The notes: generated by a model from the sequence alone, not told the origin. Counted from the stretch's first letter, positions 27,511-35,288 are shown. The stretch is 64,000 bases of DNA from Acidobacteria bacterium SCN 69-37 (GCA_001724025.1 MEDJ01000007.1:18595-82594); one strand, 5' to 3'. Program-made: numbers and translations.

Positions 27511-28479
27511 ATGTCCAATCAACCTCTGCTTTCCACTCGTCCCCTTGGCCGGAGCGGCCTGCACCTCACCACGATCGGCCTCGGCACCTGGGCCATGGGC
27601 GGCAGCGGCTGGACGTTCGGCTGGGGCGAGCAGGACGATGCGGAGTCGGTGCGGGCGATTCGGGCGGGACTCGATGCCGGCATCAACTGGATCGACACGG
27701 CCGCCGTGTACGGACTCGGCCGCGCCGAGCGGATCGTCGGCCAGGCCATTGCCGGACGACGCGACGAGGTCATCGTGGCGACCAAGTGCGGCCGCGTCTG
27801 GGACGAGAGCCGGACGATTGGCAAGCGGCTGTGTCGCGAGAGCGTGGTGGCCGAGGTCGACGCGAGTCTCGCGCGGCTCGGGATCGACGTCATCGACCTG
27901 TACCAGATTCACTGGCCCGAACCGGACGAGGAGATCGAGGAGGGCTGGGCGACGGTCGCCGACCTGATCCGCATCGGCAAGGTGCGGTTCGGTGGCGTCT
28001 GCAATTTCAGCGTGTCGCAGCTCGAGCGCGCGCAGCGTATTCACCCGATTGCGTCGCTGCAGCCGCCCTACAGCATGCTCAAGCGCGATATCGAGGCTGA
28101 CATCCTGCCGTGGTGCGAGGCGCACGGTGTCGGCATCGTCGCCTACAGTCCGATGCAGGCCGGGTTGTTGACGGGCGCCTTCACGCGCGAGCGCGCCGCG
28201 GCGCTCGGGGCCGACGATTGGCGCAGCCGGAATCCGTTCTTCCAGGAGCCGATGCTCTCGGCCAACCTCCGCGTGGTCGATGGGCTGCGGCCGATCGCGG
28301 CACGGCTCGGCATCACGGTCGCGGAGCTGGCGCTGGCCTGGGTGCTGCGGCTGCCGGCGGTGACCAGTGCGATTGCGGGCGCCCGGCGACCCGCGCAGAT
28401 TCAGGAGACCGTGCAGGCCGGCGCGGTGCAGCTGCCGCCGGACGTGATTGCGGAGATCGAGACGCTGCTGGCGACGTGA
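27511..28479 (+). CDS. aldo/keto reductase
   Basis: MSNQPLLSTRPLGRSGLHLTTIGLGTWAMGG ... IDTAAVYG ... ATKCG ... IDLYQIHWP are typical AKR motifs. Confidence 0.95.
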   Translation: MSNQPLLSTRPLGRSGLHLTTIGLGTWAMGGSGWTFGWGEQDDAESVRAIRAGLDAGINWIDTAAVYGLGRAERIVGQAIAGRRDEVIVATKCGRVWDESRTIGKRLCRESVVAEVDASLARLGIDVIDLYQIHWPEPDEEIEEGWATVADLIRIGKVRFGGVCNFSVSQLERAQRIHPIASLQPPYSMLKRDIEADILPWCEAHGVGIVAYSPMQAGLLTGAFTRERAAALGADDWRSRNPFFQEPMLSANLRVVDGLRPIAARLGITVAELALAWVLRLPAVTSAIAGARRPAQIQETVQAGAVQLPPDVIAEIETLLAT

Positions 28480-28482
28480 TTC

Positions 28483-28537
28483 GCAGGGGCTGAAGCCCCT
28501 GCGCTCCGGATGGAGCCCCGGGTCTTCAGACCCGGGG
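28483..28537. repeat. REP1 double hairpin (opposite arrangement) between convergent AKR and trxC
   Basis: GCAGGGGC-TGAA-GCCCCTGC GCTCCGGATGGAGC CCCGGGTC-TTCA-GACCCGGG. Confidence 0.9.
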
Positions 28538-28582
28538 AGGCGATCGCAGCCGCCCGTTGGCTGCGACCATCGGACGACGAGC

Positions 28583-29005
28583 TCACGCCTGCTCGAGCCA
28601 GCGGACCATCTGCGCGGACTCGACGAGCCCGGCCTGCTGGAAGACAGTCCGGCCGTCCTTGATGACGACGAAGTTCGGGATGCCCGACACGCGGAAGCGC
28701 TGCGCGAGCGTGGGGTGCGCCTCGGTGTCGACCTTCAGCACGAGCGCGCGGCCGGCCATCGTGTCGGCCGTGCGCGCCACCTCGGGCGCGGCCCGGCGGC
28801 AGGGGCCGCACCACTCGGCCCAGAAATCGACCAGGATCGGCACGGACGCCGACGCGACGATCTCGTCGAACGACGCCGGGTCGACCGCGAGTGGCGTACG
28901 AATCGGCGTCAGCGGGGCCTGACAGGCGCCGCAGCGGACGGTGTGCGTCAGCTTCGACGCCGGGACGCGATTCCTGCGTTGACACGATCCACACGTGATG
29001 ACCAT
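28583..29005 (-). CDS. trxC: thioredoxin 2-type thioredoxin with N-terminal zinc-finger
   Basis: N-terminal CGSC...CGAC zinc ribbon plus active site WAEWCGPCR. AGGAGGAGG lies upstream of ATG 29005. Confidence 0.9.
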   Translation of the reverse strand: MVITCGSCQRRNRVPASKLTHTVRCGACQAPLTPIRTPLAVDPASFDEIVASASVPILVDFWAEWCGPCRRAAPEVARTADTMAGRALVLKVDTEAHPTLAQRFRVSGIPNFVVIKDGRTVFQQAGLVESAQMVRWLEQA

Positions 29006-29060
29006 CGAGGCGCCTCCTCCTGCAGGATACCCGGAGCCGCCCGCCGCCCGCCGCTCTTCA

Positions 29061-31295
29061 CTAGAACTGCAGCGTGTAGATCACCTTGGACGCGGCCCGG
29101 CGACCGAGTGTCTGGAAGCCGCGCTCGGGCACCAGCGGGTCGTCGCGCCAGTTGTGCGTATAGACGATGTAGAGGTCGTTGCCCGGCCTGACAATCCAGC
29201 GGAAGCGCGACTGCCAGCCGATGACGGCGCTCTGCGTGTCGTACTGGACGTTGTTCACGAGCGCGATCCACGGGCTGAACTGCGTCTCGAGGACGGCGCG
29301 ATACAGCCGCGCCGTGAACGGGTCCGTCTCGGGCAGGTCCACGTGGTTCAGCTCGGCCGACAGATAGCCGATCAGTCCCGGCCGCAGGCGCAGTGTCAGG
29401 TCGAGGCCGGTCTCGAGCCGGTGGCCGGAGAAGAATTCACCCCACTCGATCGACGGGCTCACGGCGATCGTCCGGTGATCGGCCGTGCTGGCACGCAGCT
29501 GGTACCGCACGAAGTCGAACGTGCGGCCCCGTTCCAGCACCGCGCCGCCCAGGTCGAAGTCCTCTTCGAGCCGTTCATGCGACGCGATCGCGCTGAAATC
29601 GAGCGTGTCCTGCGACTGCAGCGTCAGGCCGAGCGGGAACTCGAGCACGCGCGTGAGCGTCCGGTTCGTGGCCGGGTCGACGAGCAGATCGAATTCAGTG
29701 CCGAGCGTGTACTGCCGCAGCCAGGGATAGCGTTCGGGGCGCGGCCCGAAGACGGCCTCGCCGGCGTAGAGCCGGTAGCCCGTGCGCGTGACGAAGCCGA
29801 CGGCCGGATCGAAGTCCGCCTGCACCTCGCGGAACACCAGCTCGGCGTCCCAGAGATCGTTCGGATAGGCGAGCGTGGCGCCGTAGGCGGCGGCCTGGCC
29901 GCCCGTGTGGCCCGGCGCCGGGGCGTGGAGGTAGTAGCCGTCGAATTGCAGATTCTGCGATCCGAGGAACGAGGAGGTGCCGAGCAGCAGGTCCACGCCG
30001 GCCGTGTGCGCCGCCTCGGCGCCATCGCTCCGTGCGGCCCGTCGTGTGTACAGGCCGCCCACATAGGACTGGCTGAACAGGCGGCGCTTCAGGCGCAGCG
30101 CCGTGAAGTCCTCGCCCGCCAGGTCGTGTTCCGCGCCGGTCCGCACGTGCATCACGCCGATGTCGTGCGCGCCCACCTGGCCCGTCAGCTTGGTGCCGAA
30201 GTTCACCCGCTGCGGCGTGCCGTCACTGCCGAGTCCGATCCGGCGCGTGAAGAACGGGTTGACCGTGCCGGCCACGCCGCCGGCATCCGCGCTGCGGAAA
30301 TCGAAGAACGTGGACCCGTCGAGGAAGAAGTCGCGACGTTCGGGGAAGAGCAGCGAGAACCGGGTCAGGTTGACCTGGCGCTGATCGACCTCCGTCTGCG
30401 CGAAGTCCGTGTTGACGGTGGCCACCGCGCGCAGCTGCGGGGTCAGGCTGTAGAACAGATCCACGCCGCCGTTGGCCTTCAGCCGGTTCCGGCTGTCGCC
30501 GCGCCCCGGTGCGCTGTCGTGCGTCACGAGGCCGTACGGCCGGATGTCCAGTCCGTGGCCCTGCGAGACGTCGTGGATGCCCGTGAGCAGCCCGGCGCTC
30601 GTCATTCGGTTCAGCCCCTGGTTGCGCAGCCAGCCCGACCAGAGCGATTCCTCGTTCTTCCGCCGCACCGTCCGCTGGAAGTTGACGCCCCACGCGTCGC
30701 TGTCCGGATCGAAGTTGAGCGTGCGGAACGGAATCTCGACCTCCAGGATCCAGCCGCGTGCGTCGCGCGTGGCCAGGCCGGTCCAGATGCCGTTCCACTG
30801 ATGGTTGTTGATGCCGATGCCGCGCAACGCGTCGCCCATCAGGCCGGAAGGGTTCATCTCGAAGAAGTACGCGGTGCGGCCGTTCAGGTAGGTGTCGATC
30901 GACCACATGAAGCGGTCGTCCGACCGCAGGAACTCGTCGCGCCGGCGCTGGTAGCCGATCCAGCGGTCGGGTTCGGAGTCGAAGCAGATGACGCCGAAAT
31001 ACAGCGCATCGGCCGTATAGACGATGCGGACCTCCGTCGGTTCGGTGGCCGGTTCGCCATTGCGCGGATCCTGCTGGATGAAGTCCGTGGCCGGGAGGGC
31101 GTTGGCCCAGAAGGGCTCGTCGAGCCGGCCGTCGAGTGTCACGCGTTCGTCGGCGGTCAGCCGTACGGCGGTGACGGTGCGGCGCGCTGCCGGGCCGCTC
31201 GTCGCATCGTCCTGGGCGTGTGCGGGGGGCGGAGGCAGGGTGAACAGGAGGATCGTGGCGAGGGCAATCGAGGAACACCAGCGCTGACGGTACAT
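29061..31295 (-). CDS. DUF5916 / carbohydrate-binding family 9-like outer-membrane-associated protein
   Basis: Internal ATG 31295 of ORF 29061..32441 (MYRQRWCSSIALATILLFTLPPPPAHAQ signal). LDGRLDEPFWANALPATDFIQQDPRNGEP and DDRFMWSIDTYLNGRTAYFFEMNPSG are typical of this family. The C-terminus ends in a beta-barrel-like YTLQF. Confidence 0.85.
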   Translation of the reverse strand: MYRQRWCSSIALATILLFTLPPPPAHAQDDATSGPAARRTVTAVRLTADERVTLDGRLDEPFWANALPATDFIQQDPRNGEPATEPTEVRIVYTADALYFGVICFDSEPDRWIGYQRRRDEFLRSDDRFMWSIDTYLNGRTAYFFEMNPSGLMGDALRGIGINNHQWNGIWTGLATRDARGWILEVEIPFRTLNFDPDSDAWGVNFQRTVRRKNEESLWSGWLRNQGLNRMTSAGLLTGIHDVSQGHGLDIRPYGLVTHDSAPGRGDSRNRLKANGGVDLFYSLTPQLRAVATVNTDFAQTEVDQRQVNLTRFSLLFPERRDFFLDGSTFFDFRSADAGGVAGTVNPFFTRRIGLGSDGTPQRVNFGTKLTGQVGAHDIGVMHVRTGAEHDLAGEDFTALRLKRRLFSQSYVGGLYTRRAARSDGAEAAHTAGVDLLLGTSSFLGSQNLQFDGYYLHAPAPGHTGGQAAAYGATLAYPNDLWDAELVFREVQADFDPAVGFVTRTGYRLYAGEAVFGPRPERYPWLRQYTLGTEFDLLVDPATNRTLTRVLEFPLGLTLQSQDTLDFSAIASHERLEEDFDLGGAVLERGRTFDFVRYQLRASTADHRTIAVSPSIEWGEFFSGHRLETGLDLTLRLRPGLIGYLSAELNHVDLPETDPFTARLYRAVLETQFSPWIALVNNVQYDTQSAVIGWQSRFRWIVRPGNDLYIVYTHNWRDDPLVPERGFQTLGRRAASKVIYTLQF

Positions 31296-31302
31296 CCGTC
31301 GG

Positions 31303-31308
31303 ACTATA
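31303..31308 (-). promoter_or_regulatory. -10-like hexamer TATAGT, 7 nt upstream of the DUF5916 ATG (leaderless-type)
   Basis: Minus strand reads GCGCTATAGTCCGACGGATG. It overlaps the stop codon of the upstream GPAT gene. Confidence 0.35.
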
Positions 31309-32362
31309 GCGCCCGACCGTGAACCGCGCGTGAAGTCAGGCCCGCGCGTCGAGCCTCGGCAAACGCATCGTGGTCGGCGCGCACGCGCTCCCAGATGGCC
31401 TGCGCGCGCCTGGCGCGACGTTCGTGGCGATCGGCCGGGTCGCTGCCGGCCAGGTGGTCCATGTCGATTTCGTCGCCCACGGCCAGGTGAATGCCCGTCC
31501 GCCTGATGATGCGTGTCTCGCCGAGTTCGGTCTGGATCGTGCCGGGCGGCGGGAGGAAGTGATAGGTGTCGAGCGCCATCGGGTAGAAGTGCGTCGGTCG
31601 TCCCGCGCGCGCGGCCATCAGGTAGAACATCTCGACACTGTGCGGATCGAACGGCGCCACCTGGACGACGCCGTGGGCGTCCATGCGGTCGCGGCCACCG
31701 CTCGGCGCCACGTAGATGCACTGGCCACCCTCGGCCAGCAGTTCGCTCATCCGCTCCATCGTCCGCTGGTTGTGGCGCTGCTTGGTGGTGCGCTGCTCGG
31801 GCGGGTGGTCGATGTAGCGCTTCGAGTAGATGCACAGCAGGTTGCGGCCCATGCTGAACGGCACGGCCAGCGGATCGGTGGTGACGCGTTCGCCGGCCAC
31901 GAAGATCATCTCGCGGCCGATGTCGGGCCAGCGGTCCTCGAGCAGCAGGCTGATCGCCTGCGGATCGCCCTCGGTCTGGTGGTTGGCGAGGAAGATCACG
32001 TTGTCGCCTGCGGCCAGTTGCGTGGCCACGCGATCCATGGTGGCCGCGCCACGCACGGACGAGCGGGCCTTGTCGACGAGCGGGCGCAGGAACTCGATGC
32101 CGTAGGTGTAGTAGTCGAACGGCGCGAGGATCTGCTGGTGGTAGGGCTCGAAGGTGAACGGCTGGTCGAGCTGCTCCTCGAGGCGGTCGACGAAGCCGCA
32201 GAGCAGGTGGTCGTAGTCGTCGGCGTCGAGACCGCCCTCGACGAGCGCGGTCCGGTACGCGGCGAAGAACTCGTCGACGATCGGCTTGAACTTCTCGGGG
32301 AACCGGGGATCGGCAGCGAGCGCGCGAATCCTCGCGGTCGATGGGAGCGCTGACGCACACAT
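31304..32362 (-). CDS. soluble plastid-type glycerol-3-phosphate acyltransferase-like protein (GPAT_N + acyltransferase)
   Basis: Internal ATG 32362 (MCASALPSTARIRALAA...). H(x4)D box FLANHQTEGDP and VAPSGGRDR resemble plant chloroplast ATS1-type GPAT rather than PlsB or PlsY. Confidence 0.8.
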   Translation of the reverse strand: MCASALPSTARIRALAADPRFPEKFKPIVDEFFAAYRTALVEGGLDADDYDHLLCGFVDRLEEQLDQPFTFEPYHQQILAPFDYYTYGIEFLRPLVDKARSSVRGAATMDRVATQLAAGDNVIFLANHQTEGDPQAISLLLEDRWPDIGREMIFVAGERVTTDPLAVPFSMGRNLLCIYSKRYIDHPPEQRTTKQRHNQRTMERMSELLAEGGQCIYVAPSGGRDRMDAHGVVQVAPFDPHSVEMFYLMAARAGRPTHFYPMALDTYHFLPPPGTIQTELGETRIIRRTGIHLAVGDEIDMDHLAGSDPADRHERRARRAQAIWERVRADHDAFAEARRAGLTSRAVHGRAL

Positions 32363-32459
32363 GACGTCCCATTGTAGGCGGGTTCTCCGGCCGCTGCCGC
32401 AGGCCAGCGTTGTCGTGGTCGGATCGCCGGTGACGCGGCACCCGTTCGACGACGCGCCG

Positions 32460-32487
32460 GCGCCCTGAGGCTTCAGCCTCAGGGCGC
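32460..32487. repeat. REP1 single hairpin (12-bp stem, TTCA loop)
   Basis: GCGCCCTGAGGC-TTCA-GCCTCAGGGCGC, in the divergent region between the GPAT and DUF2945 genes. Confidence 0.85.
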
Positions 32488-32527
32488 GCACGTCCGTGCG
32501 GGACATGACGTGAAAGGAGCGGCCGGG

Positions 32528-32737
32528 GTGAGCAGGACGTTCAAGGTTGGCGATCACGTCGGCTGGAATTCAGAGGCCGGCCGGGTGACGGGACGGATTG
32601 TCGCGGTCCATACCCGCGACTTCGACTACAAGGGGTACACGCATCACGCGTCGGAAGACGAGCCGCAGTACGAAATCAAGAGCGACAGGACCGATCACAT
32701 CGCCGCGCACAAGGCCGGCGCGCTCCACCGCGTGTGA
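32528..32737 (+). CDS. DUF2945 (HVA-TUDOR-like) small protein
   Basis: GTG 32528, 8 nt after AAAGGAG. SRTFKVGDHVGWNSEAGRVTGRIVAVHTRDFDYKGYTHHASEDEPQYEIKSDRTDHIAAHK matches the DUF2945 pattern. Confidence 0.8.
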   Translation: MSRTFKVGDHVGWNSEAGRVTGRIVAVHTRDFDYKGYTHHASEDEPQYEIKSDRTDHIAAHKAGALHRV

Positions 32738-32772
32738 AGGCCCGGTGTGCCTTTTCGTGGCAGCGATGCAAT

Positions 32773-32798
32773 GGAGCCCCGGGTCTTCAGACCCGGGG
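32773..32798. repeat. REP1 single hairpin
   Basis: GGAGCCCCGGGTC-TTCA-GACCCGGGG, just after the DUF2945 stop. The first 25 nt are identical to the second hairpin at 28512..28536. Confidence 0.85.
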
Positions 32799-32851
32799 GG
32801 CGGTGTCCTCGACGGAGAGGCGCTGAACAAGCGGCTATTCTCAGTGGAGTC

Positions 32852-33007
32852 ATGAAGATCACCGCCGTGCACTGCCGGTCGTGTCATGCCGTCTGCCGCG
32901 CGAACGAGCGCGTGTCGCCGCTCACCTGCGCGGAATGTGCGAGTGTCGACGTCGAGGTCTACACCGAACCGCCAGAAGACCCGGCGGGCTCGAAGGACGA
33001 CCCTTGA
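32852..33007 (+). CDS. putative 51-aa zinc-ribbon protein (CxxC...CxxC)
   Basis: MKITAVHCRSCHAVCRANERVSPLTCAECASVDVEVY. ATG preceded by GTGGAG. Weak support only. Confidence 0.35.
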   Translation: MKITAVHCRSCHAVCRANERVSPLTCAECASVDVEVYTEPPEDPAGSKDDP

Positions 33008-33174
33008 AGTGGGTTCCAGGAGGGCCATGGCGCGGACGGTACTTGTGCCCGAAGTGTCTTCAGACGCGCCTGGCGTTTCGAAACGTGGGCCAGTGGGACT
33101 GAACGCCTGGCGTGACGGATGACGCACGCGAACGCCCGGGCGATGGGTTCGTACTGAACGGCGGTCTTTGACGC

Positions 33175-33301
33175 GTCTGTCCGGATGTGTGTCGTCTGCG
33201 GCCGGCCGGCTTTGCCGCAGCGCGGCCGACGTTCCAGTCGAGCGGAGGTCGCGCGAGCGTGCGGCTGGAGGCCGGCGCAGGCGACACACATCCGGACAGA
33301 C
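33175..33301. repeat. R2 element: 127-bp imperfect palindrome (about 32-bp arms, about 62-bp spacer)
   Basis: Left arm GTCTGTCCGGATGTGTGTCGTCTGCGGCCGGCC. Right arm GGCCGGCGCAGGCGACACACATCCGGACAGAC. The outer 20 bp pair perfectly, then there is one mismatch and one bulge. Confidence 0.9.
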
Positions 33302-33413
33302 ACCGAGGCCGAGCGCCAGACGTTCTCGATGGTGAAGCCGCCGTCGTCACCCGACCAGATCGCCGCAGACTACTCACCACGCGCTGAAGTGGCGAGTCTA
33401 TACCGCTGGCCGC

Positions 33414-33419
33414 TATACT
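33414..33419 (+). promoter_or_regulatory. -10-like hexamer TATACT, 6 nt upstream of the MNT antitoxin ATG (leaderless-type)
   Basis: CGCTATACTGCGCCCATG. The same CGCTATACT nonamer precedes the DUF4160 gene. Confidence 0.4.
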
Positions 33420-33425
33420 GCGCCC

Positions 33426-33842
33426 ATGGCCGTCATGCCGACGATTGATCATCTGCGGAGCGTGCTGGCCGAGGCCCCGGCGAAGGTGGTGGCCGCATAC
33501 GTGTTCGGCAGCGTCGCGCGCGGCACGGCCTCACCCACGAGTGACGTCGATCTCGGCGTGCTGCTCGCGCAGCCCCCGGCATCGACACTCGAGGGGCGGT
33601 TGCTCGACTACGAAGCCGAACTCGAACGGCGATTGGGCGTCCCGGTGCAACTGGTCATCCTCAACGATGCACCTCCCGATCTGGCTCACCGTGTGCTTCG
33701 CGACGGCCTCGTCATCATGGAGCGCGATCGCAGTGCCAGGCTGCGGTTCGAAGTGCGCACGCGCAACCTGTTCTTCGACCTCGAGCCGTTCCTGACACGC
33801 TACCGGAAGCGTGCCATCGAACGCGCTGCGGCGGCGTCATGA
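33426..33842 (+). CDS. mntA: nucleotidyltransferase (MNT) antitoxin of a HEPN/MNT type VII TA pair
   Basis: GSVARG(x9)DVDLGVL nucleotidyltransferase motif. The stop overlaps the downstream HEPN ATG (ATGA). Confidence 0.85.
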   Translation: MAVMPTIDHLRSVLAEAPAKVVAAYVFGSVARGTASPTSDVDLGVLLAQPPASTLEGRLLDYEAELERRLGVPVQLVILNDAPPDLAHRVLRDGLVIMERDRSARLRFEVRTRNLFFDLEPFLTRYRKRAIERAAAAS

Positions 33843-34246
33843 CGGATCGGACGCTCGTCGAGAAGAAGCTGGCCGCCATCGTCTCGGCCGTGTCGGATCT
33901 CCGGCGTCTGGCCAGGGTCGACCAGTTGCGGCACGACGTGCGCGAGGAGCGCTTCATCGAACACACCTTGCAACTGGCGATGCAGGCCACGCTCGATGTG
34001 GCTTCGCACATCGTGTCGGACGAGTCGCTCGGCGAACCGCAGACCAACCGGCATCTCTTCGACCTGCTCGTCCGCGCGGGTTGGATCGATGACGCGCTGG
34101 CCGCACATCTGTCGCGCATGGCCGGCTTCCGCAACGTCCTGGTTCACGGCTACGACGATGTCGACCTGGTGGTTGTCGAGGAGATCGTCCGTCACCGGCT
34201 CGACGACCTGCTGCAGTTCGTCGCGGTGGTCAGTCAGCGTCTCTGA
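33839..34246 (+). CDS. hepT: HEPN (DUF86) toxin
   Basis: The Rx4H motif FRNVLVHGY near the C-terminus is typical of DUF86/HepT. Translationally coupled to the MNT gene. Confidence 0.85.
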   Translation: MTDRTLVEKKLAAIVSAVSDLRRLARVDQLRHDVREERFIEHTLQLAMQATLDVASHIVSDESLGEPQTNRHLFDLLVRAGWIDDALAAHLSRMAGFRNVLVHGYDDVDLVVVEEIVRHRLDDLLQFVAVVSQRL

Positions 34247-34278
34247 CGTCGGCGGGTCTGTTGGCCGCGTTGATTCCC

Positions 34279-34429
34279 GCTTCGCGTCGATCCGGCGGTG
34301 ACGTTGCGGGTGGAGTAGCGGTCGCCGAGCGCGGGCCGCTTCTCGCGTGGATCCCGCTGAGTCGCTGTAGCTGAAGCCGTCGTTGGGCGGCACAACAAGA
34401 CATTTCGTGAACTCGAAGCGTCGGCACTG
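34279..34429. repeat. direct repeat copy L: diverged copy of the MazG-like gene's upstream region plus first ~17 codons
   Basis: Aligns with 35176..35288 at roughly 75-80 percent identity by eye, including the identical core GGTGGAGTAGCGGTCGCCG and GACATTTCGTGA. It carries a 41-bp insertion and loses the reading frame. Confidence 0.8.
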
Positions 34430-34460
34430 TACACTGTGTCCTTCGTCGCCGGAGTTTGCT

Positions 34461-34919
34461 ATGCCTACCCTGGTCGAAGAATTGTCTGCCCGAGCCAAGG
34501 CCCTCCCGGCCGAGGGCCGTGCACGCCTCGCCGAGGAGTTGCTTGATTCTCTGGAAGGCGAGCCCGATGTCGAAGCCGAGGCTGCCTGGGACCGTGAGAT
34601 CGAACGGCGGGTCGCCGAGATCGAGTCGGGCTCAGTCGAACTGATCGCGTCCGAAGACGTTCACGCTGAAGCCCGCCGCCTGATCCGTCGGCGAGAATCG
34701 TCCGGTATCACCCTGACGCTCGCGCCGAGTTCCTGCATCAGGTCGTTTCTTACGTCGGCATCAGCACTCGGCTCGCGGAGCGGTACGACAAGGCTGTCCA
34801 TAAAGTCGAGATGCAGGCCGCCGAGACGCCAGCAATCTGGCCATCGGACACGCACAGGACACGCCGAGTCATCGACCGCCGATTCAAGTTCTCCTTGTGT
34901 ATCTACACAACGAGCGTGA
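34461..34919 (+). CDS. addiction-module antitoxin domain (Unstab_antitox-like) ORF lacking its own stop and running into the toxin remnant
   Basis: GGAG 7 nt upstream of ATG 34461. MPTLVEELSARAKALPAEGRARLAEELLDSLEGEPDVEAEAAWDREIERRVAEIESGSVELI is the typical family pattern. After about residue 75 the ORF is an out-of-frame reading of the toxin gene. Confidence 0.55.
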   Translation: MPTLVEELSARAKALPAEGRARLAEELLDSLEGEPDVEAEAAWDREIERRVAEIESGSVELIASEDVHAEARRLIRRRESSGITLTLAPSSCIRSFLTSASALGSRSGTTRLSIKSRCRPPRRQQSGHRTRTGHAESSTADSSSPCVSTQRA

Positions 34920-34992
34920 AGTCGATGTTGTCGCCATCGCTCCGGCTGGGCGCAAACCAGCCCATTGGAGAACGAGACTCCGCGACGCCTGA
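34688..34992 (+). pseudogene. RelE/ParE-family toxin, disrupted (no start codon, 1-nt frameshift near 34910)
   Basis: Frame 2 reads ARIVRYHPDARAEFLHQVVSYVG...RRFKFSLCIYT. Frame 1 continues EREVDVVAIAPAGRKPAHWRTRLRDA*. Together these form a normal RelE/ParE, but there is no ATG/GTG/TTG and two stray nt (ac) sit at 34910..34911. Confidence 0.65.
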
Positions 34993-35175
34993 GCGGATCG
35001 TAGCAAGCTCTGGCACGACAATGCGCCGCATGCAAGAGCCGCTCGCATCAGGGACGTAGGAACATCCTTGTCGTCGCTGGAGGCCCGCGGCGCGTCGGTC
35101 ATCAAGGGCGGGACATGACGTGAGTCTTCTGCCCCCGGGGTGTGGGGCTCACGCGGCCGACGTTTTCGGGCTGAC

Positions 35176-35288
35176 GCATCGCACCGTCCGGCGATCACGT
35201 TGCAGGTGGAGTAGCGGTCGCCGTGCCCGAGCGGCTTTCTCGCATGGACAACAACATGACATTTCGTGATCTTGAAGAATCGGCGCTG
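35176..35288. repeat. direct repeat copy R (functional copy: promoter region and 5' end of the MazG-like gene)
   Basis: Partner of 34279..34429. Confidence 0.8.

Noticed and set aside
29061-32441. 1126-aa ORF that would fuse the DUF5916 protein to upstream sequence. Likewise 5248-6804 (518 aa), 21074-22618 (514 aa), 36787-38739 (650 aa) and 58024-59820 (598 aa).
   Set aside because: The N-terminal extensions are Arg-rich, overlap well-supported neighbouring genes in another frame, and internal starts give canonical N-termini or signal peptides.
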